From an uncultured Acidobacteriota bacterium (GTDB taxonomy: Bacteria > Acidobacteriota > Vicinamibacteria > Vicinamibacterales > JAKQTR01): DNA of 64,000 nucleotides. The stretch lies in assembly GCA_963834645.1 (NCBI GenBank), contig CAWICP010000019.1, forward strand, positions 110,544 to 174,543, read 5' to 3'. The notes beneath the pieces are model-generated. The model was not told the origin of the DNA and ran no database searches. It saw only the letters and a list, made by a program, of their open reading frames with translations. Below are positions 19,101 to 29,237 of the stretch, piece after piece (the stretch's first letter is position 1; the number at the start of each line of letters is the position of its first letter). A program made the translations under genes and the position numbers.

Positions 19101-21787
19101 AGGACGTCCGTCACGCGGCCGGCGCGGAGTGGCCCATCGTGCTGGCGTCCTACCCGCATGACGGCCAGCTCATCGACGTGGTCGCGACCGGCGGCCAGTT
19201 CGAGGACGCGATGCGGGTGCTCGGCGGCGCTGAGGAATCAGGTGTCCTCGGTGCCAGGCGATCACGAGTGCGTGGCCGAGATCTACCTGTGGGGCGCAGC
19301 GACCGCCAGTCTCGAGCCGATCGCCTCCATGCTCGGGGACCAGCTGGAGCAAGTTGGCTTCGACCGCCCGCTGCGCCGCGTCGTGTTCGTGCTCGTGCCC
19401 GTGCCCGGCGAGGGAGCGGGCTCGGACCTCCAGTTCCTCACGTTCCGGCCGTTCGGCCCGGGGTTCCGTGAGGAGAAGGTGTTCCGCGGCCTCCATCCGA
19501 TGCAGGGCAAGCAACTCGAGTTCTCGCGCCTGCGCCACTTCTTTCTCGAGCGTCTGCCGGCGTCGGAAGACGTGTATCTCTTCAAAGGCGTGGCCCGCGA
19601 GAACCCGCGGGACGAGCGGCTCTTCGCGCTGGTCGAGGTGCGCGAGGCGACGCCGGTTCGCGACGGCGCGGGCCGGCTGACTGAGCGTGCCCTACTTCGA
19701 GCGGATGGCGCTCGAGGCGTTCACGGCCGTGCGCAGGGCCCAGCTGAAACGCCCGGGCGAGGAGCGGTGGCAGTGGAACCGGGTGACGCTGTTTGTCCGC
19801 CCTCCGCTCGATCTGAGCCGCAGCGAAATCGGGGACCTCGCGGCCAGGATGTCGACGCATGCCGCCGGCCTGGGCCTCGAGAAGATCGTCATCCGCGGCA
19901 CCATGCCGGACGAACGCGGCACGATGGCCGACGGCTCGGCCACCATCACGCTGACGGCCGGCAAGGCGCCGCTGCTGCGGTTCTCGGAGGCCTCCGGCGA
20001 GCCGCTTCGCACGCTGTCCGATTACGACCAGCGCGTGGTGCGCATGCGGCAGCGCGGGCTGACGTATCCGTACGAAATCGTGCGGATGATGACGCCCGAG
20101 CACGCCGGCCCCGCGTCCGCGATCCCGGCGGGCTCGTTCGTGGAACTCGACCTTGACGACAGCCGGCGCCCTCGTGCCCGTCGAGCGGCCGTACGGCCAG
20201 AACACCGCCAACATCGTGGTCGGCCTGCTCACCAACCGGACGGCGACCTGCCCCGAGGGCATGACGCGCGTCGCGCTGCTCGGCGATCCGAGCCGCGAAG
20301 TCGGGTCGCTCGCGGAGCCCGAGTGCCGGCGCATCCTCGGCGCCCTCGACCTGGCCGAGTCGATGGGCGTGCCGCTCGAGTGGTACGCCCTCTCGGCCGG
20401 CGCGAAGATCTCGATGGAGAGCGGCACGGAGAACATGGACTGGATCTCCCGCGTGCTCCGCCGCCTCATCGACTTCACGCAGGCCGGCGGCGAAGTGAAC
20501 ATCGTCGTGACGGGCATCAACGTCGGCGCCCAGCCCTACTGGAACGCCGAGGCGACGATGCTGATGCACACCCGCGGCGTGCTGATCATGACGCCGGAGG
20601 GCGCGATGGTGCTCACCGGCAAGATGGCCCTCGACTACTCGGGCTCGGTGTCGGCCGAGGACAACATCGGGATCGGCGGCTACGAGCACATCATGGGGCC
20701 GAACGGCCAGGCGCAGTACCGGGCGCGGGATCTGCGCGACGCGTGCCAGATCCTGCTGCGCCACTACGCGCATGCCTACCGGATGCCCGGCGAGCGGTTC
20801 CCGCGGCGCGCCGCGACCGTGGACCCGCCGGCGCGGGACATCCGCGGCTTCCCGCACGACAGCCTGGAGGACGGGTTCGCCACCGTCGGCGACGTGTTCT
20901 CGGACGCCGCGAACCCGGGCCGCAAGCGCCCCTTCGACATCCGCCGGGTCATGCTGTCGGTGTGCGACGAGGACCATCCGCCGCTCGAGCGGTGGGCCGG
21001 ATGGCGGGACGCCGAGATCGCCGTCACGTGGGACGCGCGCATCGGCGGGTACCCGGTCTGCATGATCGGGTTCGAGTCGCGGACGGTGCCGCGATTCGGC
21101 CTGGTGCCGGCCGACGGCCCCGAGCAGTGGACCTCGGGCACGCTGTTCCCGATGTCGTCGAAGAAGATCGCGCGCGCCATCAACGCCGCGACGCTCAACA
21201 GGCCGCTGGTCATCCTGGCGAACCTGTCGGGCTTCGACGGATCGCCGGAGTCGATGCGCCGGCGGCAGCTCGAATTCGGGGCGGAGATCGGGCGGGCGGT
21301 GGTGAATTTCAAGGGCCCGATCGTCTTCGTCGTCGTGTCGCGCTATCACGGGGGCGCCTTTGTCGTCTTCTCGAAGACGCTGAACGCGAACATGGAGGTG
21401 GCGGCGCTCGAGGGGAGCTTCGCCTCGGTGATCGGCGGCGCCCCGGCGGCGGCGGTCGTGTTCGCCCGCGAGGTCGACGGGCGGACGAAGAAAGACCCCC
21501 GCGTGAGGGAGCTGGAGGCCGCGGTGAAGGCGGCGGCGACCGACGGCGATCGCGTCAGCCGCAGGACCGCGCTCGCGGACGTGATCAAGACGGTGCGGTC
21601 GGAGAAGCTCGGCGAGGTGGCCGACCAGTTCGACCGCATTCACAGCGTGCACCGCGCGCTCGAGGTCGGGTCGCTCGATCGCATCATCAGCGCGGCGGAG
21701 CTGCGGCCGTACCTGATCGACGCCATCGAGCGCGGGATGGCACGCGAAATGGAGCGTTGGCAGGCATGCACACCCCCATCGCGGTAA
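16132..21787 (+). pseudogene. Single-chain multidomain biotin-dependent acyl-CoA carboxylase (BC - BT-like - BCCP - ~670-codon unknown region - CT), ~1,885 codons; four frame breaks (~17436, ~19228, ~19687, ~20165)
   Basis: The BC domain reads MSTDFRRVAIVNRGEPAMRFIHAVRE...ALKASGGAGGRAIRRV...YFLEANTRLQVEHVVTE. It is followed by TNRTFLLQVLERAEVHRGIVDTGLLDRL. The BCCP reads VVSVHVEPGDRVAAGERLVMVEAMKMETAILAPFAG. A long region follows (ORFs 17456..19471, 19158..20156, start of 19687..23484). The CT domain reads VPVERPYGQNTANIVVG...ALSAGAKISMESG and LVILANLSGFDGSPESMRRRQLEFGAEIGRAVVNFKGPIVFVVVSRYHGGAFVV (ORF 20153..21787). Confidence 0.85.
18008..18019 (+). other. Biotinylation motif A-M-K-M of the carboxylase BCCP domain (biotinyl-Lys codon 18014-18016)
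   Basis: The sequence gcc atg aag atg is in frame within ...GERLVMVEAMKMETAILAPF..., the canonical (E)AMKM context. Confidence 0.85.
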
Positions 21788-22582
21788 TCCTGGCCCGGGG
21801 ACTGGGCACGCGGATGCGGCGCGAGGATGCCGCCGCCGCCATCGGCGAGGACCAGGCGAAGGTGGCCGCGACCGGCGTCAAGGCGATGATTCCCATCGGC
21901 CGGCCGTTCCTGGACTACCTCCTGAGCGGCCTGGCGGACGCGGGGCTCAGCGAGGTGTGCCTCGTCGTCGGCCCCGAGCACGGCGCCGTGCGCGAGTACT
22001 ACGGCGGCGCGTCGGCGCCGACGCGGGTCCGCATCGAGTTCGCCGTCCAGGCGGAGCCGCTGGGCACCGCCGACGCCGTCGCGGCGGCTGCGGACGTGGT
22101 CGGCTCGCGGGAGTTCCTGGTCCTGAACTCCGACAACTACTACCCGGTCGAGGCCTACCGCGCACTCGCGGCCCTGGACGGACCGGGCCTGGTGGCCTTC
22201 GAGCGCGACGCGATGATCCGCGACGGCAACGTGCCCGCGGACCGCGTCCGGCAGTTCGCCGTCGTGCGGATCGCCGGCGACCAGTCGTTGCTCGACATCA
22301 TCGAGAAGCCCGACGAGGCGGCGCTGGCGGCGTGCGGGAACGAGGTCTACCTGAGCATGAATTGCTGGCGCTTCGACTCGTCGGTGCTGGAGGCGTGCCG
22401 CCGCGTGCCGCTCTCCGCGCGCGGCGAACGCGAACTGACCGACGCGGTCCGTCTCGCCCGGCACGAGGCCGGCACGCGGTTCCGCGTGATCCGCATGAAG
22501 GCCGGCGTCCTCGACCTCTCGAGCCGCGGCGACATCGCCGAGCGTGGCCGGCCGCCTGGCGGGCGTCGAGGTCCGATTGTGA
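21766..22582 (+). pseudogene. Sugar-1-phosphate nucleotidylyltransferase (NTP_transferase/GlmU-RmlA fold); one frame break (~22540)
   Basis: ATG 21766 lies 22 nt inside the carboxylase 3' end. It opens MHTPIAVILARGLGTRMRRED...GVKAMIPIGRPFLDYLLSGLADAGLSEVCLVVG...AVQAEPLGTADAV...LVLNSDNYY, with the G-x-G-T-R signature. After the break it reads SVAGRLAGVEVRL, stop TGA 22580-22582. Confidence 0.75.
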
Positions 22583-23917
22583 TGGTGCCGACCGTCGAGG
22601 GCATCGACGCCGCCGGCCTCCGCGCCGAGGCCGCCGCCTCGAAGCGCGCGCTGTTCGCCCGCGCGCGCGCCGCCCTCCGGGCGGGAGGCCCGCCGCCGGC
22701 GGCCTTCTTCGTGCCCGGCCGCATCGAGGTGCTCGGCAAGCACACCGACTATGCCGGCGGCCGCAGCCTGCTGTGCGCGGCGGAGCAGGGGTTCTGCCTC
22801 GTGGCCGCCGCCAGGAGCGACCGGCGGGTCACCGTGGTGAACGCGGACACCGGGCGACAGGGCGGACCTCGCGCTGGCGCCGGACCTGCAGCCCGTGCTC
22901 GGGCACTGGAGCAATTACCCGGCCACGGTCCTCAGGCGCGTGGCGCGGAACTTCCCCGACGCCCGGATCGGCGCCGACCTCGCGTTTGCCAGCGACCTGC
23001 CGCCGGCCTCCGGGATGTCCAGTTCGAGCGCCTTCATGGTGGCCGTCTTCCTGGCGATGGCGGCGCTCAACGAACTCGATCGCGCGCCCGCCTACCTCGA
23101 GGCCATCGGCGCGCCCACCGACCTGGCCGGGTATCTGGGCACCGTGGAGAACGGCCGGACCTTCGGGCCGCTTGCGGGCGACACGGGCGTCGGCACGTTC
23201 GGCGGCAGCGAGGACCACACGGCCATCCTCTGCTGCCGGGCGTCGACGCTGAGCCAGTACCGCTTCGCGCCGGTCCACTTCGAGCGCGACGTGCCGATGC
23301 CCGGCCGCCACGTCTTCGCGGTCGCGTTCAGCGGCGTGCTGGCGGAAAAGACCGGCGCGGCGCTGGCGACCTACAACCGCGCGTCCCGGGCGGTGTCGCG
23401 GGTGCTGCAGATCTGGAGGGACGCGAGCGGCAGGCCGGCGCCCACCCTGGAGGCGGCGGTGACCGGGTGCGACGGGGCCGTTGACCAGATTCGCGAGGCC
23501 ATCGCCGCGTCGGGCGACACGGAGTTCGGCGCGGACCTCTTGCGGACGCGCTTCGACCAGTTCGTGCTCGAGAGCCGGACCATCGTGCCGGGCGCCGGCG
23601 ACGCGCTGCGCGACGGCGACCTCACCCGTTTCGGTGCGCTGGTCGACCAGTCGCAGGAGGCCGCCGAGGCCTGGCTCGGCAACCAGGTGCCCGAGACGGT
23701 CTGTCTCGCGCGTGAGGCCCGCCGCCTCGGGGCCGCGGCGGCGTCGGCCTTCGGCGCGGGATTTGGCGGGAGCGTCTGGGCGATGGTCGCCGGGGACGCG
23801 TGCGGCGAGTTCCTCCGCGAGTGGCGCCTCGCCTACGAGCGCGCGCACCCCGAGGCCGCGGCCCGGGCCGTGTTCTTCGAAACCTCACCGGGGCCTGCCG
23901 CGCTCCGGCTCGGGTGA
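22582..23917 (+). pseudogene. GHMP-family anomeric sugar kinase, galactokinase-like; one frame break (~22870)
   Basis: ATG 22582 shares its A with the upstream TGA. The first piece is FFVPGRIEVLGKHTDYAGGRSLLCAAEQGFCLV (galactokinase signature region). It continues as DLPPASGMSSSSAFMVAVFLAMAAL (GHMP motif 2) and ASAFGAGFGGSVWAMV (motif 3), in ORF 22895..23917. Confidence 0.8.
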
Positions 23918-23926
23918 GCCTGGCGC

Positions 23927-26585
23927 TCAGGCGCCCGGTGCCGAGAAGCTGGCCTTCAGCGCCCGGTAGTCGGTCTTGCCGGTGCCGAGCACCGGGATCG
24001 TCTCCACGTCGATGACCTGTCGGACATAGTGCAGCGGGCTCAGCCCCGCCTCCTTGATGAGCGCGTTGACCGCCTGGCGTTCAGCCGGGCGCCTCGTGAA
24101 CAGCACGACGTCGGGATGCTCAGGGTCGCCGACGGCCTCGACCGCGATGAGCGGGCCATCGTCGGCGTCGCCGAAGTGCCGCTGCAGGACGGCCTCGATG
24201 GCCGGAAGCGACACCATCTCGCCGCCGAGCTTGATGAATCGCTTGAGGCGCCCCTTGAAGGTGAGGCGGCCGTCGGCGGCCGCCGCCACCAGGTCTCCCG
24301 TCCGGTACCACGACCGGTCTTCGAAGGTCACAAACGGCGAGTCCCCCGCGTAGTTGAGGTAGCCGCCGAAGATGCTCGGCCCGCGCACCAGCAGCATGCC
24401 GGTCTCGCCCGGCCGCCACGCGCCGGGTCAGCTCGAGATCCACGATGGCGCCTTCCACCGACGCCATCAGCTTGCCGATGGTGCCCGGGACGGGCTCGTC
24501 CATGGGGTTCACGGCGACGACAGGCGAGCACTCCGTGATGCCGTAGCCCTCGAGCACGATCAGCGGAGGCCAGCGCTCGCCGAGCGTCGCGAAGAGGCTG
24601 TCCGGGCACTTCTCGGCGCCAATCACCGCGAGCCGGAGCGTGGAGAGTTGCCGGTCCGACGCGACGCGCACGATCCCGCCGAGGAACGTGGGCGTGCCGA
24701 AGAGCACCGTCGCCTTGTACGTGTCGATGACCCTGGCCAGGAGCGCCGACTCGGTGGGATTCGGATGAAACACGGTGCGCAGCCCCAGACACCAGGAGAG
24801 CAGCACCGTCGTGGTGAGGCCGAAGGAATGGAACGGGGGCAGGAAGCCGACGGTGATGTCGCGCTCCTCCAGTTGCCCCATTTTCAGAATGTCGGCGATG
24901 TTGGTGAGCAGGTTGCGGTGCGTCAGCGGCACGGCTTTCGGCAGGCTCTCCGACCCGCTCGTGAACAGGACGACGGCCGTCTCCGGAGGTGTCGCCCGCT
25001 CCAGCGATGCCCAGCTGATGCGGCTGGTCAGGGCCGCCCGGATCTTCTCGGCCGGCCTCACCGACGCCAGCACGTCCTCGACGAACAGGAAGGTGTCCTC
25101 GATGGCCGACAGGTCGATGCCCGAGGAGCCCAGCTTCGCGACCAGTGCCCGGGCGGTGACGACGGTCGCGACGCCGAGCGTGTCGAGCGAGTGCCGCAGC
25201 GCGCGCGTTCCCGCGGTCCAGTTCACCATGACCGGCGTCTTGCCGGCGAAGAGCGCGGCGAGCAGGAACACGGTGGCGCCCACCGAGGCGGGCATCATGA
25301 TGCCGACATACGGGCCCGGCAGCCGTTCGAGCTTCGGCTTGAGCACGAGCACGGCGGTGACCAGGTCGCGATAGGTGCGCGTGCCGCTCGACTGGTCGGC
25401 GAAGATCGGTTGGCGGGGCCGGGCGGCGGCCTGCTTCAGGAACACGGCGGTCAGCGTGTCGCCCGGCGGCAGCGTCAGGGCCGTCCGGTTTCCCGACGCG
25501 GCGAACCACGAGGCCGGCGGCGCCTTCAGATCCGAGGCCGTGTGGGACACGCCCTGCCCGGCCGCCGCCAGGACCACGTCGGCGACGGTCGTCAGGCTCT
25601 CCGGCGTGTCCACCGAGAAGCCGAACTCCTGCTGCAGCCACGTCACCAGTTCGGCCGTGGCGAGGCTGTCGAACCCGAGGTCCTTCGAGAGCTGATCGTC
25701 GATGGAGACCTCGGCCCGCCCGGACTCGTCTCGAAGATGCGCGAGCACCAGGTCGCGCGTCGCCGGAGCGACGTGCGTCGCATCCGAGCGCGGGGCCTCC
25801 CGCACGGGCTCGGGCATCTCGCGCGTGCCGCCTTTCTCCCAGAACCCGTAGGGCACGTAGGTGTTCCGTGCGGCGTGCTCGTTGTAGAAGCGCTCGAGGT
25901 AGCGGTTGATCTCGGCGCGCGTGCCCGTTCTCGGGAAATCCGCCGGCTCGACCAGCTCGACCGACATCCGCCGCCTGGGCATGAAGAAGATGCCGTTCTG
26001 CAGGAGGTACTTGATGCCGCGAGCCAGTGCGCTGCCGATGGCGGGCATCTCGCCGTCGAACCCGAGGCTGAAACTGCTGCCCCACAGGCCGTTGTGCCGC
26101 ACGAGGACGATGCGGACGTCCGGGACCGCCTTCACGAGCGTCTCGACGCCGCTCGCGCTGCCGATGTCTTCGAGGTACTGCCGCTTGAGGCGGCCGGCGG
26201 GGTAGAGCAGGATGTTCTCGCCGGCCTTCAGGCCATCGGCGATCTCCTGCAGCGCGGCGCGCGTGCGGTCGCGGGCGCCCGCTCCGCTGCGCTCCAGGTT
26301 GGGCAGGATGCGCGACCCGTAGAGCAGGGCGATGTAGCCGAACACCGTCCGGTTGACCTGGTGCTCGTCGGCGAGCGGGCGCAACTGGAACGCCGGGTAG
26401 AGGTGCGCCACGATGAACGCCGGGTCGAGCAGCGACGAGTGGTTCGGCAGGAAGAGAATCCCGCGCCGCCCCTTGCGCTTGACGGCGTCGAGCCCGCGGA
26501 GATCGATCCGGTACCGCAGTCCGATGATCGGGCGGGCGACGTAGGCGACGAGGCGGGTGACCACCGACACCACCAGAGCCAGCAT
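23927..26585 (-). pseudogene. Tri-domain lipid enzyme: PlsC-type acyltransferase - acyl carrier (PP-binding) - AMP-dependent acyl synthetase (Aas-like); one frame break (~24410)
   Basis: ATG 26585 is preceded by GGAGG. The acyltransferase part reads ILFLPNHSSLLDPAFIV...LLYPAGRLKRQ. The carrier part reads DDQLSKDLGFDSLATAELVTWLQQEFG. The adenylating part reads AVVLFTSGSESLPKAVPLTHRNL...VLEGYGITECSPV. After the break it reads PGETGMLLVRGPSIFGGYL...WYRTGDL...GRLKRFIKLGGEMVS...IPVLGTGKTDY (ORF 23927..24397). Confidence 0.85.
25665..25667 (-). other. Predicted phosphopantetheine-attachment Ser codon of the internal carrier domain
   Basis: This is the Ser of the LGFDSLATAEL motif, in frame with the 24120..26801 ORF. 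Confidence 0.7.
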
Positions 26586-26809
26586 GCAGCCTCCACGGGG
26601 ATGGAGAGAACGTACTAGAGACGGCGAGACTGGCGCAAGCACGCGGCGAGTGCCGCTGCAGCGCCCACAGCGCGTCGCGTCGGCGCGCCCGAGCCGCGCG
26701 ACGTGCCCGGTCGCGCGACGATCCCGCTGGCCACGCCGAGTCGGCCGGCAGGATCGTCCGGCGAGTCCCGAGTCCCGTCTCTCCCTGTCTGCAGGTATCA
26801 TGATGGGTC

Positions 26810-27742
26810 ATGTCGGCACCCGCCATCATTCGTGCCGAGGGCCTCACGCGGGCCTTCGGCGAGGTCCGCGCCATCGACGGGCTCGATCTCGAAGTGCAGG
26901 CCGGCACCGTCTTCGGGTTCCTCGGCCCCAACGGCGCGGGGAAGACGACGACGATCCGGCTGCTGCTCGGACTGCTCGAGCCCACCAGCGGGCGGGCCGA
27001 CGTGCTCGGCTTCGACACGCGCGCCCGGGGCGGCGCGATCCGCGAACAGTCGGGGGCGCTGCTCGAGCATCACGGGCTGTACGAACGGCTGAGCGCCGAG
27101 GAGAACCTCGCCTTCTACGCGCGCGTCTGGCGCATGGATCGGGCCGCGCGGGCCGATCGCATCCGGGCGCTGCTCGAGCCCCTCGGTCTCTGGGATCGCC
27201 GCCGCGAGCCGGTCGGCCGCTGGAGCCGGGGGATGAAGCAGAAGCTGGCCGTGGCGCGCGCGCTGCTGCACAGGCCGGCGCTGCTGTTCCTCGACGAGCC
27301 CACGGCCGGGCTCGACCCCGTGGCGGCGGCGACGCTCCGGGACGACCTCGGCACGCTCGTTCGGCGCGAGGGCGTCACGGTGTTCCTGACCACGCACAAC
27401 CTGGTCGAGGCCGAACGTCTCTGCGAGCGCGTGGCGGTCGTCAAGCAGGGGCGGCTGCTCGCCGTCGGCCACCCGGATGAGCTGAAGGCCCGCAGCGCGA
27501 CCCGGGCGGAAATCACCGGGCGGCGCTTCGACGACGCCATGCTCTCGATGCTCCGTGAGCAGGAGGGCGTGCTGCGCGCCGAGCTGCACAACGGGCGCAT
27601 CGTGCTGGAGCTGGCCGAGTCGGCCGAGACCGCTCCGCTGGTGGCGCTCCTGGTCCAGCGCGGCGGGCTGGTGGAGGAGGTCCGGAAAGACAAAGCGTCG
27701 CTCGAAGACGTCTTCCTGACGCTGATGGAGGAAGAGCCGTGA
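26810..27742 (+). CDS. ABC transporter ATP-binding protein
   Basis: This is an intact 310-aa ORF. It has Walker A GPNGAGKTTT, signature SRGMKQKLAVA and Walker B LLFLDEPTAGLD. Confidence 0.9.
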   Translation: MSAPAIIRAEGLTRAFGEVRAIDGLDLEVQAGTVFGFLGPNGAGKTTTIRLLLGLLEPTSGRADVLGFDTRARGGAIREQSGALLEHHGLYERLSAEENLAFYARVWRMDRAARADRIRALLEPLGLWDRRREPVGRWSRGMKQKLAVARALLHRPALLFLDEPTAGLDPVAAATLRDDLGTLVRREGVTVFLTTHNLVEAERLCERVAVVKQGRLLAVGHPDELKARSATRAEITGRRFDDAMLSMLREQEGVLRAELHNGRIVLELAESAETAPLVALLVQRGGLVEEVRKDKASLEDVFLTLMEEEP

Positions 27743-28476
27743 TCGGGGATGTCCTCACCGTGGTCTGGAAGGAATGGCGGGAACTGCTGCAGGTCGGCGG
27801 GACCGTGCGGGGCGGGCGGCTGAGCCTCGTCATCCTCGTCGCGGTCTTCGGCGTCTTCCTGCCGCTCCAGTCGGGGGCCGAGTGGGTCCAGTCGCCCGTC
27901 ACCGTCTTCTACTGGGGGTGGGTGCCGCTGATGCTGGTCGGAAGCGCCGTGGCCGATTCGTTCGCCGGCGAGCGCGAGCGGCACACGCTCGAGACGCTGC
28001 TCGCCAGCCGCCTGCCGGATTCGGCCATCCTGCTGGGAAAGATGGCGGCGGCCATCTCCTACGGCTGGGGCCTGGTGCTGGTGATGCTGGCGCTGAGCCT
28101 GGTCACGGTGAACGTGGCCGCGCGCACGGGCCCGTGGCTCCTGTTCCCGTGGCGGTTCGCCGTCGGCGCGCCGCTGCTGGCCCTGCTGGGCGCCGGACTC
28201 GCGGCGACGGCTGGCGTGCTGGTGTCGCTTCGCGCGCCGACCGTGCGGCAGGCGGCCCAGACGTTGAACGTCGGCGTGCTGCTGCTCGTCTTCATCCCTG
28301 TACTCGGCATGCAGGCCCTGCCGGACGCCTGGCAGGCGCAGGCGGGGGCCTGGGCGCTGTCGGTGGGCGCGGACGGGCTGCTGTGGGCGTCCGCGCTGCT
28401 GCTGGCGCTGCTCGACCTGGCGCTGCTGGCGGCGGCCTTTGCGCGGTTCCGCCGATCGCGGCTGGTGCTGGATTGA
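27739..28476 (+). CDS. ABC-2 type transporter permease
   Basis: This is an intact 245-aa ORF. Its GTG start overlaps the ATPase stop (GTGA). It has six hydrophobic segments and the typical KEWRELL N-terminus. Confidence 0.8.
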   Translation: MIGDVLTVVWKEWRELLQVGGTVRGGRLSLVILVAVFGVFLPLQSGAEWVQSPVTVFYWGWVPLMLVGSAVADSFAGERERHTLETLLASRLPDSAILLGKMAAAISYGWGLVLVMLALSLVTVNVAARTGPWLLFPWRFAVGAPLLALLGAGLAATAGVLVSLRAPTVRQAAQTLNVGVLLLVFIPVLGMQALPDAWQAQAGAWALSVGADGLLWASALLLALLDLALLAAAFARFRRSRLVLD

Positions 28477-28516
28477 TCGTGTTCGGCGCGTCGGTCGCGC
28501 CCTGTTTCCGGAGGTG

Positions 28517-29229
28517 ATGCTCATGGTTCGGACGTATCGCGTGGCGGCACTGGCGGTGGCGATGGCGCTGGCGGCTCTCCAGCCGCCGGCAGCGGCAGCG
28601 GCCCAGGCCGCGCAGCCGGTGACGATCGAGTCCTTCGCCGGCGCCTGGGAGGGCTCGGCGCAGACGCCCAACGGGGACGTGTCGCTGCGCGCGGCGTTCA
28701 AGGTGCAGGACGGGAAACTCGGCGGCACCATCGAGTCGTCGATGGGCCAGATCACCGTCGTGACATCGACGTTCGCCGACGGCAAGCTGACGCTGACGAT
28801 CGATCTCCAGGGCGGCGCCGGGACGCTGGGATGCCAGCTGGCGGGCAATCGGATCGAGGGGATCTGGGAGTACGGCAGCGACACCGGGCCGTTCCGGCTG
28901 GCGCGGCCCGGGACGGGGGACGGCGGAAGCGCCGGCGATCCCATCAGCGGGACCTGGGCCGGCGAGGTCGACATCGCCGGCCAGATCATGCCGTTCTCGA
29001 TGGACCTGCGGGTGACCGGGGCACGGTGGCGGGCGAGATGATCTCGGCGACGGGGAAGGTGCCGCTCACGAGCGGCAGCTGGAAGGACGGCGCCCTGCAG
29101 CTGGCGTTCCCGTACACCGGCGGCGAGCCCGTGGTGATGGGCGCCACGATCCAGGACGGGAAACTCGTGGGCGTGGTCGACTACAACCGCGGCGAGGCCA
29201 GCGGCACCTGGACCGCGGCGAAGAAGTAG
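28517..29229 (+). pseudogene. Secreted protein with two related beta-rich repeats, unknown function; one frame break in a G-run (~29020)
   Basis: GGAGG precedes ATG 28517. The signal peptide is MLMVRTYRVAALAVAMALAALQPPAAAAAQA. Repeat 1 reads FAGAWEGSAQTPNGDVSL...GKLTLTIDL...IEGIWEYG. Repeat 2 reads ISGTWAGEVDIAGQIMPF...GALQLAFPY...ASGTWTAAKK (ORF 28831..29229). Confidence 0.55.
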
Positions 29230-29237
29230 CGCGCAGC

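Noticed and set aside
16132-21787. Eukaryotic contamination or recent horizontal transfer as the source of the eukaryote-like carboxylase and the plant-like GME (53431-54399).
   Set aside because: Both genes share the extreme G/C third-position bias of their neighbours. Both are embedded in overlapping or tightly spaced bacterial operons with Shine-Dalgarno sequences. Neither has introns or flanking mobile genes.
19687-23484. Listed 1,265-aa ORF that looks like one giant protein.
   Set aside because: It is a chimera. Only its first ~160 codons (carboxylase central part), codons ~694-950 (nucleotidyltransferase) and the next ~100 (kinase N-terminus) read as real protein. The rest is out-of-frame read-through caused by indels and the lack of stops.
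26586-26809. Short inverted matches in the divergent gap between the Aas-like gene and the ABC ATPase: GGAGAGA/TCTCTCC and AGAGACGG/CCGTCTCT, about 150 nt apart. Also a TATCAT (26796-26801) 8 nt before ATG 26810, hinting at a leaderless mRNA.
   Set aside because: The repeats are only 7-8 bp in GC-rich sequence, so they are expected by chance. The -10-like hexamer has no supporting -35 and sits among alternative ATGs. This is insufficient evidence.
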